Of a DNA stretch of 64,000 nucleotides, positions 1-9,494 are shown piece by piece. How positions within the stretch are numbered: position 1 is the stretch's first letter; each line of letters begins with the position of its first letter. A program made the position numbers and the translations under genes. The DNA lies in assembly GCA_963720545.1 (NCBI GenBank), contig OY970399.1, forward strand, positions 3,347,022 through 3,411,021, read 5' to 3'. This DNA is from an uncultured Acidobacteriota bacterium (GTDB taxonomy: Bacteria; Acidobacteriota; Vicinamibacteria; Fen-336). Under the pieces are notes generated by a model. That model worked only from the letters and a program-made list of their open reading frames with translations, was not told where the DNA came from and did no database searches.

Positions 1-1290
1 GCGCCGGCCGGCGAGTGCGTCGGGCAGGCAGTCCATCGCCGCGACGCCCTCCTCCTCGTCGTGGGCGTAGCGATACCCCTTGCCGTAGCCGACGTCCTTC
101 ATCAACTTCGTCGGTGCGTTGCGGATCCAGAGCGGCACCGGCTCCGCGCGGCTCTCCAGCGCATCGCGCACCGCGGCGCCGTACGCCGTGTAAACGGCAT
201 TGCTCTTCGGCGCCGCGGCGAGATAGACCGCCAGCTCCGCGAGCGCCAGGGCACCTTCCGGCAGGCCGATGAAGTGCACGGCCTGCTGCGCCGCCATCGC
301 CACCACCAGCGCCTGCGGATCGGCGAGGCCGACGTCCTCGGAGGCGAAGCGCACCAGCCGGCGCGCGATGTAGAGCGGATCCTCGCCGCCCTCGAGCATG
401 CGCGCGAGCCAGTAGAGCGCCGCGTCGGCGTCGGAATTGCGCAGCGACTTGTGCAGGGCGCTGATGATGTTGAAGTGCTCCTCGCCGCCCTTGTCGTAGA
501 GGAGCGCCTTGCGCGCGAACGCCTGGCGCATGGCTTCGAGGTCGACATGGCGCGTGCCGTCGGCGCGTGCCGCAGCCACCGTCGCCGCAACCTCGAGCAC
601 GTTGAGGGCGGTGCGGGCGTCGCCGTCGGCGGTGTCGGCGAGGAAGCCGAGCGCATCGTCGTCTACGGTCACGCCGCCCACGCCGCGCTCGGGATCGCGC
701 AGGGCGGCTGCGAGGATGCTGACGATCTCCGCACGGTCGAGCGCCTTCAGCACCACCAGCCGGCTGCGCGAGAGGAGCGCCGAGTTCACCTCGAAGGACG
801 GGTTCTCGGTGGTCGCGCCGATCAGCACGATGTCACCGCTCTCGACGTGCGCCAGCAGCGCGTCCTGCTGCGCCTTGTTGAAGCGGTGGATCTCGTCGAT
901 GAAAACGATGGTGCGCTGGCCGCGACGCTTGCGGCGCTCTTCCGCGGCCGCGAGCACCACGCGCAGTTCCTTCACGCCTGAGAGCACCGCACTCAGCCCC
1001 TCGAAATGCGCCTTGGTATGGTTGCGGATGACGTGCGCGAGGGTCGTCTTGCCGGAGCCGGGCGGCCCCCAAAGGATCAGCGAGCGCAGCGCGTCGCCTT
1101 CGATCAACCGCCGCAGCGGTGTGTTGGCGCCGAGCGCCTCCTGCTGGCCCACGATCTCGTCGAGCGAGCGCGGCCGCATGCGGTCGGCGAGCGGGGCGTC
1201 GGCCCGCACCGCCGCAGAGCCTGACCCGGCTCCAACTTCCGGTTGGTCGCCGTCGTCGCCGAACAGCGAGCGCGTCTTGCCCGTGGCCAT
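1..1290 (-). CDS. rarA: Replication-associated recombination protein A (RarA/MgsA), AAA+ ATPase; 3' end runs off the window
   Basis: Minus-strand frame is open from ATG at 1290 to position 1 with no stop in the window, which is why it is absent from the ORF track. My translation gives Walker [16 protein letters not shown] and Walker B-like [13 protein letters not shown] plus an MgsA-like C-terminal region. Confidence 0.85.
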   Translation of the reverse strand, partial: MATGKTRSLFGDDGDQPEVGAGSGSAAVRADAPLADRMRPRSLDEIVGQQEALGANTPLRRLIEGDALRSLILWGPPGSGKTTLAHVIRNHTKAHFEGLSAVLSGVKELRVVLAAAEERRKRRGQRTIVFIDEIHRFNKAQQDALLAHVESGDIVLIGATTENPSFEVNSALLSRSRLVVLKALDRAEIVSILAAALRDPERGVGGVTVDDDALGFLADTADGDARTALNVLEVAATVAAARADGTRHVDLEAMRQAFARKALLYDKGGEEHFNIISALHKSLRNSDADAALYWLARMLEGGEDPLYIARRLVRFASEDVGLADPQALVVAMAAQQAVHFIGLPEGALALAELAVYLAAAPKSNAVYTAYGAAVRDALESRAEPVPLWIRNAPTKLMKDVGYGKGYRYAHDEEEGVAAMDCLPDALAGRR

Positions 1291-1292
1291 CG

Positions 1293-2096
1293 CTACCGCC
1301 GCTGCCGCGCCGCCTCGAACAGCAGCACGCCCGCGGCCACCGCCACGTTCAGGCTTTCGACCACCGGCTTGATCGGCACGCGCACCGGCGCGTCGGCGCG
1401 CCGGACCACCGCCTCGTCGAGCCCGGCGCCTTCGTTGCCGACGATGAGCGCCGTCGGCCGGCGCAGGTCGGCTTCGTCGTAGGGAACCGGCGCGTCGACA
1501 GTTGCAGCGACGGTGCGGATGCCGTGCTGCTGCAGCCAGCCGAGCGCTTCGTCGAGGCTGAGCGAACCTCGGTGGGGAAGCCGGAAGGCACTCCCCATCG
1601 AGCCGCGCAGCGCCTTCCACGAGAACGGATCGGCGCAGCCGGTCGTGAGCAGCGCGCCGGTGGCGCCCGCTGCCTCGGCAGTGCGCAACAAGGCGCCGAG
1701 GTTGCCGGGGTTCTGCACCGCGACGCACACGAGCAGCAGCGCCGGCTGCGCCAGCAGCGCCGCGTCGTCGAAAGTCGGGCGGTTGGCGACCGCCAGCACG
1801 CCCGGACCGTGCTCCAGTTCGGAGAGCTGGCCGAGCAGGTCCTCGTGCATCAGGCGCACCTCGAGTCCGCTGTTCGAAGCCTCCTGGTGAAGGCGTGCGC
1901 CGCGCGCGCTCTCGAGGAAGCGCGGGGTCATCGCCAGGGACGCGACCGAGATCCCCGACGCGAGCGCCTCCTCCACGAGCTTCGGCCCCTCGAGCACCGC
2001 AAGGCTCTCGGCGTCGTCGGCACGATCGAGCAGGGCGCGGATCTTGCGGGCGAGCGGATGGGCGCGGCTGCGGATGATTTCGGAGCCGGGGAGCAT
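1293..2096 (-). CDS. TrmH/SpoU family RNA 2'-O-methyltransferase
   Basis: 267-aa ORF with SpoU-type C-terminal motifs ([26 protein letters not shown]). Its stop abuts the rarA start. Confidence 0.8.
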   Translation of the reverse strand: MLPGSEIIRSRAHPLARKIRALLDRADDAESLAVLEGPKLVEEALASGISVASLAMTPRFLESARGARLHQEASNSGLEVRLMHEDLLGQLSELEHGPGVLAVANRPTFDDAALLAQPALLLVCVAVQNPGNLGALLRTAEAAGATGALLTTGCADPFSWKALRGSMGSAFRLPHRGSLSLDEALGWLQQHGIRTVAATVDAPVPYDEADLRRPTALIVGNEGAGLDEAVVRRADAPVRVPIKPVVESLNVAVAAGVLLFEAARQRR

Positions 2097-2153
2097 GGGC
2101 CTTCGATGCTACACTCGCGGTTGACTGTAACCCCCACGTGAAGGCTGCTTGCA

Positions 2154-2627
2154 ATGGTCCTGGAAATAAAAAAACGCCTGCAGGACGAGATCAACACGCT
2201 CGACCACGAGCTCAAGGTCGCGCTGCCGAAAGAGATCCAGCGGGCGCGTGAATACGGCGACCTGCGCGAGAACGCCGAGTACAAGGCGGCGAAGGAGCGG
2301 CAGAGCTTCCTCCAGGCCCGGCTTGCGCAGCTGCACGTGCGCCTCGCCGCCCTCGCGATGATGAACCTCGACAAGATCCCGAAGGACAAGGTCGGGCTCG
2401 GCTCCACCGTGTCGCTCAAGGACACGAGCACCGGCGAGACCATCGTCTACGAAATCGTCACCCCCGAGGAATCGGATCCGCCGCAGGGACGCATCTCGCC
2501 GTCGTCGCCCATCGGCCGCTGCCTGCTCAACAACGCCAAGGGCGACACCGTCGAGGTGGTGGTGCCGAACGGCAGCAAGGAATACGAAGTCGTCAAGCTG
2601 GTGACCATCCACGACCTGGCCAACTAG
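2154..2627 (+). CDS. greA: Transcription elongation factor GreA
   Basis: 157-aa ORF with an N-terminal coiled-coil and a C-terminal FKBP-like domain typical of GreA ([20 protein letters not shown]). Confidence 0.9.
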   Translation: MVLEIKKRLQDEINTLDHELKVALPKEIQRAREYGDLRENAEYKAAKERQSFLQARLAQLHVRLAALAMMNLDKIPKDKVGLGSTVSLKDTSTGETIVYEIVTPEESDPPQGRISPSSPIGRCLLNNAKGDTVEVVVPNGSKEYEVVKLVTIHDLAN

Positions 2628-4106
2628 GTGAAGGAGTACTCCCCCAAGCGGCGCACGGCCGCGGTGTTCACGGGCACCGGCGTCTCGGGCGCCTACCACG
2701 CGGGGGTGCTGAAGGCGTTCGAGGAGAGCGGCTTCAAGATCGACATCATGGTCGGCTCGGGGGTCGGCACCATCGCCGCCGCATTCGGCGCCGTCGCGGG
2801 TGGTGCGCGCTTGTTCTCGGCCGGCGGCTTCTGGCCGACGCTGCGCGGCGCGTCGCTCTATCGCCTGCGCCCGGAGGCGCGCGCGCTGCAGCTGCTCATG
2901 GGCGTGGCGTTCGGCGTGTTCGTGCTGCCGCTGATCCTCGCGGTGATCGCGGCGCTCTTCTTCCCGCTGATCCTGCTCGCCGACTTCGTCTCGCCCGGGG
3001 TGCTCGCGCGCTTCGCGGCGCCGTGGCCGTCGCTCGAGGTGATGCGGCCCGCCTACGTCGCGGCGCTGGCGCTGCCGGCGTTCCTGCTGTTCGGCGTCGG
3101 CGGCGCGTGGCTCCTTTATGCCGCGGTGCGCGATCGCCGCCTGCTGCTCGAACGCTTCGAGCACCTGGTGGACGCGTCGCCGGCGCGGGCGCTGCTGCGC
3201 GGCAAGTTGTGGGAGGTGGTGCGCGGCGCCGATGTCGCGCAGCAGCCGCCGCGCGACGCGGTGCTCGGCGAGCGCTACGTGGCGCTCAACATCGAGAACC
3301 GCGGCCAGCTCGGATTCCACGAGCTGATCGTGCGCGCGGCCGACCTCGACTCCGGCCAGGTGCACACCGCCGTCCTGCTCGGCGACGCGGCGCGCGACGC
3401 GTTCCTCACTGCGCGCGGCTCGCGGCGCGGCGGCGACGCCGTCTCGGGGCTTCTCGACCTCACGGCCACAGGTGCCGCGGGCACCCTGTTCCCGACGGTG
3501 CTCACCGGCCTGCTGCCGCCGCTCGTCACCCCGCCCGAACGCCTCGCGTTCCCGAAGGGCGCCACCCACGCCGGCGAAACCCACCGCCTCGTCGAAGCGA
3601 CGCTGCTTGGCGGCTGCGGCATCGCCGAAGCCATCGACGCCGGCGCGGAGCAGATCGTGGTGGTGGCGGCGGTGGCCGAGAAGCCGTCGCCGCCGCTGCG
3701 CCGCCGCGGGCCGCGCGCGCTTGCCGACGCGCTCCTCGAAAGCCTCGAGCGCGACGCGTTCGAACGCGAGCTGGCCGAGTGCGAGCGCTTCAATCGTCTC
3801 GTCGAAACGCTCGGCCATCGCCACGAAGGGGCCGGCGCTGGCCGCGCCTGGCAGGATCCCGCCACCGGCCGCCTGTACCGCGACATCTCAATCTACGTCG
3901 TCCGCCCGCAGGCGCGCTCGCTGCGGCCGTTCGACCACGAAGGCACGCGCGACCCGGCGACCGAAGTGGAAGAGACGCTGGGCGACCTGCTGCAGCGCGG
4001 CCACGCCGACGCGTTCCGCTTGTTCATCGAACCGGTCGTCGGCGCGGCGCCCGTGCCGAGCCGCGCGCCCGACCTCGAAGAAGAAGGACAGCCGATAGAA
4101 CTCTAG
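2628..4106 (+). CDS. Patatin-like phospholipase family protein, apparently without the catalytic Ser/Asp dyad, with central transmembrane segments
   Basis: N-terminal oxyanion-hole-like GTGVSGAYHAGVL is present. Where GxSxG is expected the sequence is VGSGVG, and no clear DGG/A Asp motif is seen. Hydrophobic helices occur around residues 95-160. GTG start directly follows the greA stop. Confidence 0.55.
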   Translation: MKEYSPKRRTAAVFTGTGVSGAYHAGVLKAFEESGFKIDIMVGSGVGTIAAAFGAVAGGARLFSAGGFWPTLRGASLYRLRPEARALQLLMGVAFGVFVLPLILAVIAALFFPLILLADFVSPGVLARFAAPWPSLEVMRPAYVAALALPAFLLFGVGGAWLLYAAVRDRRLLLERFEHLVDASPARALLRGKLWEVVRGADVAQQPPRDAVLGERYVALNIENRGQLGFHELIVRAADLDSGQVHTAVLLGDAARDAFLTARGSRRGGDAVSGLLDLTATGAAGTLFPTVLTGLLPPLVTPPERLAFPKGATHAGETHRLVEATLLGGCGIAEAIDAGAEQIVVVAAVAEKPSPPLRRRGPRALADALLESLERDAFERELAECERFNRLVETLGHRHEGAGAGRAWQDPATGRLYRDISIYVVRPQARSLRPFDHEGTRDPATEVEETLGDLLQRGHADAFRLFIEPVVGAAPVPSRAPDLEEEGQPIEL

Positions 4107-4117
4107 GCAGGGAACCA

Positions 4118-5302
4118 ATGAAGAAGACCCTCGCGCCCCCGCGCGCCTTCGCAACCCGCGCTGTCCACGGCAGCAGGATGCCGGCCTCCGGCCCGCTGGC
4201 GACCCCCATCGTGCAGTCGTCCACCTTCGTATTCGAGTCGTCCGCGCAGATGCGCGACTACCTGCACGGCGATCCCGCGCTGCACCTCTACACGCGCTAT
4301 TCGAACCCCACGCTCGCGGCACTCGAGGAATCGCTCGCGCAGCTCGAGGGCGGGGAAGGGGCCATTGTCTTTTCGTCGGGGCTCGCCGCGATGACCACTG
4401 CGCTGTGGTCGACGCTCTCGGCGGGCGACGAAGTGCTCGCGAGCTCGTCGCTCTACGGCGGCACCACCAAGTTCATCCGCAAGATACTGCCGCGCTTCGG
4501 CGTCGCGCACCGGATCGTGCCGGTCGCCGAGATGAGCCGCCTCGAGAGCTATCTCTCACCGAACAGCAAGGTGGTGGTGCTGGAGTCGCCGACCAACCCC
4601 AACGTGGACATCGTGGACATCGCGGCGGTGGCGCGCGCCGCGCACGCCCGCGGCGCCCTGGTGATCGTAGACAACACCTTCGCGACGCCTTTCAACCAGC
4701 GGCCGCTCGAGCTCGGCGCCGACCTCGTCATGCACAGCCTGACCAAGGCGCTCTCGGGGCACAGCGACATCATCGCCGGCGCGCTCATCGGCTCGGCCGC
4801 GCACCTCGAGCCGGCGCGCGAGCACCTGAAGGTGCTGGGCGGTTGCATGGATCCGCACGCCGCGTATCTCGCGCTGCGCGGCCTCAAGACCGTGCACCTG
4901 CGCGCCGCGCGCCAGGCGGAGAACGCAATGGCCGTGGTGCAGGCGCTCGCCGGGCACCCGAAGCTGTCGCGGGTCCTCTATCCCGGCCTGCCGTCGCACC
5001 CGGGCCACGCGATCGCGAAGCGGCAGATGGCGACCTTCGGCTCGATGTTCGCGCTGTCGTTGCGCGGCGGCCTGGCGGCTGCCGAGAAGTGCTACGACGC
5101 GCTCGAGCTCGTGGGCCGGGCGGCGAGCCTCGGCGGCGTCGAGTCGATCGTCAGCCTGCCGGTGCACACGTCGCACCACGGATATTCGGACGAGGAGCTG
5201 GCACAGGCCGGCGTCGATGCCGGCATGATGCGCTTCTCGATGGGCGTCGAGGACGCGCGCGACATCGCCGCCGACATCGAACAGGCGCTGGACGCTTCGT
5301 AA
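4118..5302 (+). CDS. Cys/Met-metabolism PLP-dependent enzyme (cystathionine gamma-synthase / gamma-lyase family)
   Basis: 394 aa from ATG 4118. PLP-lysine motif SLTKALSGHSD and family-typical N-terminal region (TRAVHG...PIVQSSTF). The N-terminal 365 aa of track ORF 3023..5302 are Arg/Ala-rich low complexity and are rejected. Confidence 0.8.
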   Translation: MKKTLAPPRAFATRAVHGSRMPASGPLATPIVQSSTFVFESSAQMRDYLHGDPALHLYTRYSNPTLAALEESLAQLEGGEGAIVFSSGLAAMTTALWSTLSAGDEVLASSSLYGGTTKFIRKILPRFGVAHRIVPVAEMSRLESYLSPNSKVVVLESPTNPNVDIVDIAAVARAAHARGALVIVDNTFATPFNQRPLELGADLVMHSLTKALSGHSDIIAGALIGSAAHLEPAREHLKVLGGCMDPHAAYLALRGLKTVHLRAARQAENAMAVVQALAGHPKLSRVLYPGLPSHPGHAIAKRQMATFGSMFALSLRGGLAAAEKCYDALELVGRAASLGGVESIVSLPVHTSHHGYSDEELAQAGVDAGMMRFSMGVEDARDIAADIEQALDAS

Positions 5303-5357
5303 ACGCAGCAGGTAGCAACTCAACCTCAACCACGATCTTTCGAATCGAAGGAGGCGC

Positions 5358-6950
5358 ATGCTCGCCAGTCTGGTCCTGCCGTTGCTGCTCGTCGTCGCCC
5401 CGCCCCAGGAGAAGGATGCGAAGCCCGCCGCGGCCGCGTCCGACAAGGCGGACAAGTCGGCGAAGTCCGACAAGGCGGACAAGGCGGACAAGGCGGAAAA
5501 GAAGGATGCGGACGGCAAGTCCGACGAGACCGAGCCGGTGGTCACGAAGCACGAGATCAACGTCAACGGCAGGCCGCTGCGCTACACCGTCACCACCGGC
5601 ATGATGCCGCTGCGCAACGACCAGGGCGAGAAGGAAGCCGACATCTTTTTCATTGCGTACACCGCCGAGCGCCCCGGCGCGCCCGACAAGCGGCCGCTGA
5701 TGTTCTCGTTCAACGGCGGGCCCGGCTCGGCGTCGGTGTGGCTGCACCTTGGCGCCCTCGGCCCGAAGCGCGTGCAGATGCAGGACGACGGCGCGATGCC
5801 GGCGCCGCCCTACAAGCTCGTCGACAACCCGCAGACCTGGCTGGCCGACACCGACCTCGTGTTCATCGACCCGGTCGGCACCGGCTACAGCCGGCCTGCG
5901 AAGCCGGAGCTCGGCAAGAAGTTCTGGGGCCTGCAGGGCGACCTCGAGTCGGTGGGCGAGTTCATCCGCCTTTACCTGACGCGCTACGAGCGCTGGACCT
6001 CGCCGCTCTTCCTGGTCGGCGAGAGCTATGGCACCACGCGCGCCGCGGGCCTGTCGGGGTACCTCGTGGACCGCTCGGGCATTGCCTTCAACGGCATCGT
6101 GCTGGTGTCGTCGATCCTCAACTTCCAGACCGCGCGCTTCACCAAGGGCAATGACCTGCCGTTCCAGTTGTTCCTGCCCACGTACACCGCGTCGGCCTGG
6201 TACCACAAGAAGCTGCCGGCGGACCTGCAGGCAAAGCCGCTGCGCGAGGTGCTCGACGAAGCCGAGCAATTCGCCGGCAGCGAGTATCCGATCCTGCTCG
6301 CGAAGGGCTCGAGCCTCACCGCCGCGGAACGCGCCGCGATGGTGGACAAGGTGGCGCGTTTCACCGGCCTCAGCAAGAGCTACGTGGACGCGGCCGACAT
6401 GCGCATCGAGATCCAGCGCTTCTGCAAGGAGCTGCTGCGCGCGGAGCGGCGCACCGTGGGCCGGCTCGACAGCCGCTTCGAGGGCATCGACGCCACCGCG
6501 GCCGACGACTCGCCCGAGTTCGACCCAAGCATGGCGGCCATCCGCCCGCCGTACACCGCCGCGCTCAACGACTACGTGCGCCGCGAGCTCGGCTACAAGT
6601 CGGACGCGCACTACTGGATTCTCGGCGGCGGCATCAAGACGCCCTGGGATTTCGGCGAGATCGGCTTCGGCGCCGCCGACGTCAGCGACTCGCTGCGCCA
6701 GGCATTCGCGCGCAACCCGTCGATGAAGGTGTTCGTCGCGTCGGGCTACTACGACCTGGCGACGCCGTTCTTCGCCACCAAGTACACCTTCAACCACATG
6801 GGTCTCGACGCCACGCAGTCGAAGAACATCTCGACCGGCTACTACGAAGCCGGTCACATGATGTACATCGCCGTGAAGGAACTCGACAAGCTGAAGCAGG
6901 ACGTCTCCGCTTTCATCAGGACCTCCTTGCCCTCGTCCGCATCGAACTGA
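5358..6950 (+). CDS. Peptidase S10 (serine carboxypeptidase) family, secreted
   Basis: Signal peptide; motifs FNGGPGSAS and active-site GESYGT; Lys/Asp-rich DKADK linker after the signal peptide. Confidence 0.8.
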   Translation: MLASLVLPLLLVVAPPQEKDAKPAAAASDKADKSAKSDKADKADKAEKKDADGKSDETEPVVTKHEINVNGRPLRYTVTTGMMPLRNDQGEKEADIFFIAYTAERPGAPDKRPLMFSFNGGPGSASVWLHLGALGPKRVQMQDDGAMPAPPYKLVDNPQTWLADTDLVFIDPVGTGYSRPAKPELGKKFWGLQGDLESVGEFIRLYLTRYERWTSPLFLVGESYGTTRAAGLSGYLVDRSGIAFNGIVLVSSILNFQTARFTKGNDLPFQLFLPTYTASAWYHKKLPADLQAKPLREVLDEAEQFAGSEYPILLAKGSSLTAAERAAMVDKVARFTGLSKSYVDAADMRIEIQRFCKELLRAERRTVGRLDSRFEGIDATAADDSPEFDPSMAAIRPPYTAALNDYVRRELGYKSDAHYWILGGGIKTPWDFGEIGFGAADVSDSLRQAFARNPSMKVFVASGYYDLATPFFATKYTFNHMGLDATQSKNISTGYYEAGHMMYIAVKELDKLKQDVSAFIRTSLPSSASN

Positions 6951-6954
6951 GAGC

Positions 6955-6972
6955 ACTGCGTCCGGACGCAGT
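6955..6972 (+). terminator. Terminator-like palindrome ACTGCGTCCGGACGCAGT 5 nt after the S10 peptidase stop (no T-tract)
   Basis: Perfect 18-nt palindrome seen directly; the lack of a U-tract makes intrinsic-terminator assignment tentative. Confidence 0.4.
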
Positions 6973-7058
6973 CCGTTCGGCGAGCATCGATTCGGGCAGT
7001 TGCTTCAGAACTTCGGGAGGAAGTAGAACCTTACGGGCGTAAGCGCCGTCCTAGGGGC

Positions 7059-9473
7059 ATGGACACCATCTGGCGGGACATCGTGTATGCCGTGCGTGTG
7101 CTTGCCAAGGCGCCGTCCTACGCGGCCATCGCCATCCTCACGCTGGCGCTCGGCATCGGCGCCAACACCGCCGTGTTCAGCGTGGTGAACGCAGTCCTCC
7201 TTCGCCCGCTGTCTTATCCGCAGGCGGAAAGGCTCGTGCTCATCAGCGAATGGTCCGAGCAGGTTCCCGAGATGAGTTTCGCGATGTCGAACTTCAAGGA
7301 CCTGCGCGACCAGAGCACGTCGTTCGAGCACCTCGCCGCCGCCAACCAGGCGAATTTCGTGCTCGGCGGCCAGGCCGAACCGGAGCGGCTGCTCGCGCGG
7401 CAAGTCTCGAGCGACATGTTCGCGACGCTGGGGCGCACGCCGATCCTCGGCCGCGCGTTCACCGCCGCAGAGGACAAGCCCGGCGCCGCCGCCGTGACCC
7501 TCATCTCCGAGGGGCTGTGGGAACGCCGCTTCGGCCGCGACCCGCGCATCGTCGGCCAGAACCTGGTGCTGAGCGGCCAGCCGGTCACCGTCATCGGAGT
7601 CATGCCGAAGACCTTCCACGGCAGCTGGAAGCGCGCCGACCTGTTCATGCCGCTGCTGCGCCTCGAAGACACCATTGGCGGACCCGGCAACCGCGGCAAC
7701 CACCCCGGCATCTACGTCACCGGCCGCCTCAAGCCGGGCGTCACCATCGAACAGGCGCGCGCCGACGTGGTCGCAATAGCGAAGCGCCTGGCCGACCAGT
7801 ATCCCGACACCAACGCCAAGCAGAGCATGGTGGTCGACCGGTTCCTCGACGCCTACGTCGGCGAGCTGCGCCCTTCGCTCATGCTGTTGCTCGGCGCGGT
7901 GGCGTTCGTGCTGCTCATCGCCTGCGCCAACGTCGCGAACCTGCAGCTGTCGCGCGCGGCCGACCGGGCGAAGGAAGTCGCGGTGCGCATGGCGCTCGGC
8001 GCGAAGCGCGGCCGGCTGCTGCGCCAGCTGCTCACCGAGTCGGTGCTGTTGTCGCTCGCGGGCGCGCTGCTCGGCATCCTGCTGGCCTTCGGCGGCCTGA
8101 AGGCGCTGGTCGCGTCGCTGCCGCCGAACGTGCCGCGCGCCGACGAGATCGCGATCGACGGTCGGGTGCTGGTGTTCACGCTGATCGTCGCCCTGGTCAC
8201 CGGCGTCCTGTTCGGCGTGGCACCGGCGTGGCGCATCTCGAGCCTGCGCATCAACGATCCGCTGCGCGAGAACTCGCGCGGCACCGTCGGCCCGCAGCAG
8301 CACCGCCTGCGCAACACGCTGGTGGTCGCGGAGGTGTCGCTGGCGCTGACGCTGTTGGTGGGCGCCGGGCTGATGCTGCGCAGCTTCTACCGTGTGCTGA
8401 CCGCCGACTCCGGCTTCAATCCGCACGGCGTGATGTGCGCCAACGTGCCGCTGCCGCAGGCGCGCTACGCCGACGACAAGGCACGCGCGCAGGTGGCGCA
8501 GCGCGTCCTCGAGGGCGTGCGCGCCGTGCCCGGCCTCGAGCATGCGGCGGTGACGCTGCCGCTCCTCGGCGGCTGGCAAAGCGGGTTCACCCTGCAGGGC
8601 CGGCCGGAGCCGCCGCCGGGACAGAACCCATCGGCCGACGTCGCGCGCATCAGCCCCGACTATTTCGCCACCATGGGCATACGCCTGCTGCAGGGGCGCG
8701 GGTTCGACGAGCGCGACGTGCTCGACAAGCCAGCGGTCGCCATCGTCGACGAGACCTTCGTCCGCGAGCACTTCGCGACGGAAAACCCGCTGGGAAAGCA
8801 CTTCAGGTTCGGCGACGCGCAACACGAGGAACCGTGGCTCGAGATCGTCGGTGTCGTCAACCACGTGAAGAACTACGGTGTCGACCAGGAGTCGCGCGTG
8901 GAGGTGTACCTGCCGTATGCGCAAACCTCGGTCGGCTCGTTCACGCTGGTGGCGCGCACCAGCGGCGACCCGGCCGCGCTGACCACCGGCATGCGCGCGG
9001 CGCTGCGCGCCGCCGATCCGCAGCTGCCGATGTACGAGACGCGCACGCTCGACGCCTTGGTGGCCGAAGGCAACGCGCAGCGCAAGCTGTCGGTGCTGCT
9101 CATCGGCGTGTTCGGCGCGCTCGCCCTGGTGCTCGCCGCGGTCGGCATCTACGGCGTGATGTCGTATGCGGTCACCCAGCGCACCCAGGAGATCGGCGTG
9201 CGCATGGCCCTCGGCGCCGAGCAGGAGCAGATCATGAAGATGGTGCTGCGCCACGGCACTACGCTCGCCGCAATCGGCATTGGCCTGGGCCTCGTCACCT
9301 CGCTGGGGCTGGCGCAGCTGGTGAAAACCCTTCTCTTCAACACCAGCACCGCCGACCCGCCGACCTTCTCGGTGGTGCCACTGCTGCTGCTCAGCGTCGC
9401 CGCGGTCGCCTGCTACCTGCCGGCGCGGCGCGCCACGCGCGTCGATCCGATGGTGGCGTTGCGCAACGAGTGA
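7059..9473 (+). CDS. ADOP-type ABC transporter permease (MacB-like, duplicated FtsX permease domains)
   Basis: 804 aa; N-terminal MDTIWRDIVYAVRVLAKAPSYAAIAILTLALGIGANTAVFSV signature; two 4-TM FtsX-like blocks separated by periplasmic domains; no adjacent ATPase gene. Confidence 0.85.
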   Translation: MDTIWRDIVYAVRVLAKAPSYAAIAILTLALGIGANTAVFSVVNAVLLRPLSYPQAERLVLISEWSEQVPEMSFAMSNFKDLRDQSTSFEHLAAANQANFVLGGQAEPERLLARQVSSDMFATLGRTPILGRAFTAAEDKPGAAAVTLISEGLWERRFGRDPRIVGQNLVLSGQPVTVIGVMPKTFHGSWKRADLFMPLLRLEDTIGGPGNRGNHPGIYVTGRLKPGVTIEQARADVVAIAKRLADQYPDTNAKQSMVVDRFLDAYVGELRPSLMLLLGAVAFVLLIACANVANLQLSRAADRAKEVAVRMALGAKRGRLLRQLLTESVLLSLAGALLGILLAFGGLKALVASLPPNVPRADEIAIDGRVLVFTLIVALVTGVLFGVAPAWRISSLRINDPLRENSRGTVGPQQHRLRNTLVVAEVSLALTLLVGAGLMLRSFYRVLTADSGFNPHGVMCANVPLPQARYADDKARAQVAQRVLEGVRAVPGLEHAAVTLPLLGGWQSGFTLQGRPEPPPGQNPSADVARISPDYFATMGIRLLQGRGFDERDVLDKPAVAIVDETFVREHFATENPLGKHFRFGDAQHEEPWLEIVGVVNHVKNYGVDQESRVEVYLPYAQTSVGSFTLVARTSGDPAALTTGMRAALRAADPQLPMYETRTLDALVAEGNAQRKLSVLLIGVFGALALVLAAVGIYGVMSYAVTQRTQEIGVRMALGAEQEQIMKMVLRHGTTLAAIGIGLGLVTSLGLAQLVKTLLFNTSTADPPTFSVVPLLLLSVAAVACYLPARRATRVDPMVALRNE

Positions 9474-9494
9474 GCGTCCCGGCGCAGGCGCGCG

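Noticed and set aside
61-981. 306-aa plus-strand ORF at the window start
   Set aside because: It lies antisense to the well-supported rarA gene, is Arg/Ala/Gly-rich low complexity, and shows no recognisable family; typical high-GC shadow ORF.
3023-4117. N-terminal 365 aa of the 759-aa track ORF 3023..5302
   Set aside because: This part is an alternative-frame read-through of the patatin-like gene (Arg/Ala/Pro-rich). Only the portion from ATG 4118 resembles a PLP-dependent enzyme.
5151-6956. 601-aa minus-strand ORF
   Set aside because: Antisense to the S10 carboxypeptidase gene, low-complexity Arg/Gly/Val-rich, no motifs.
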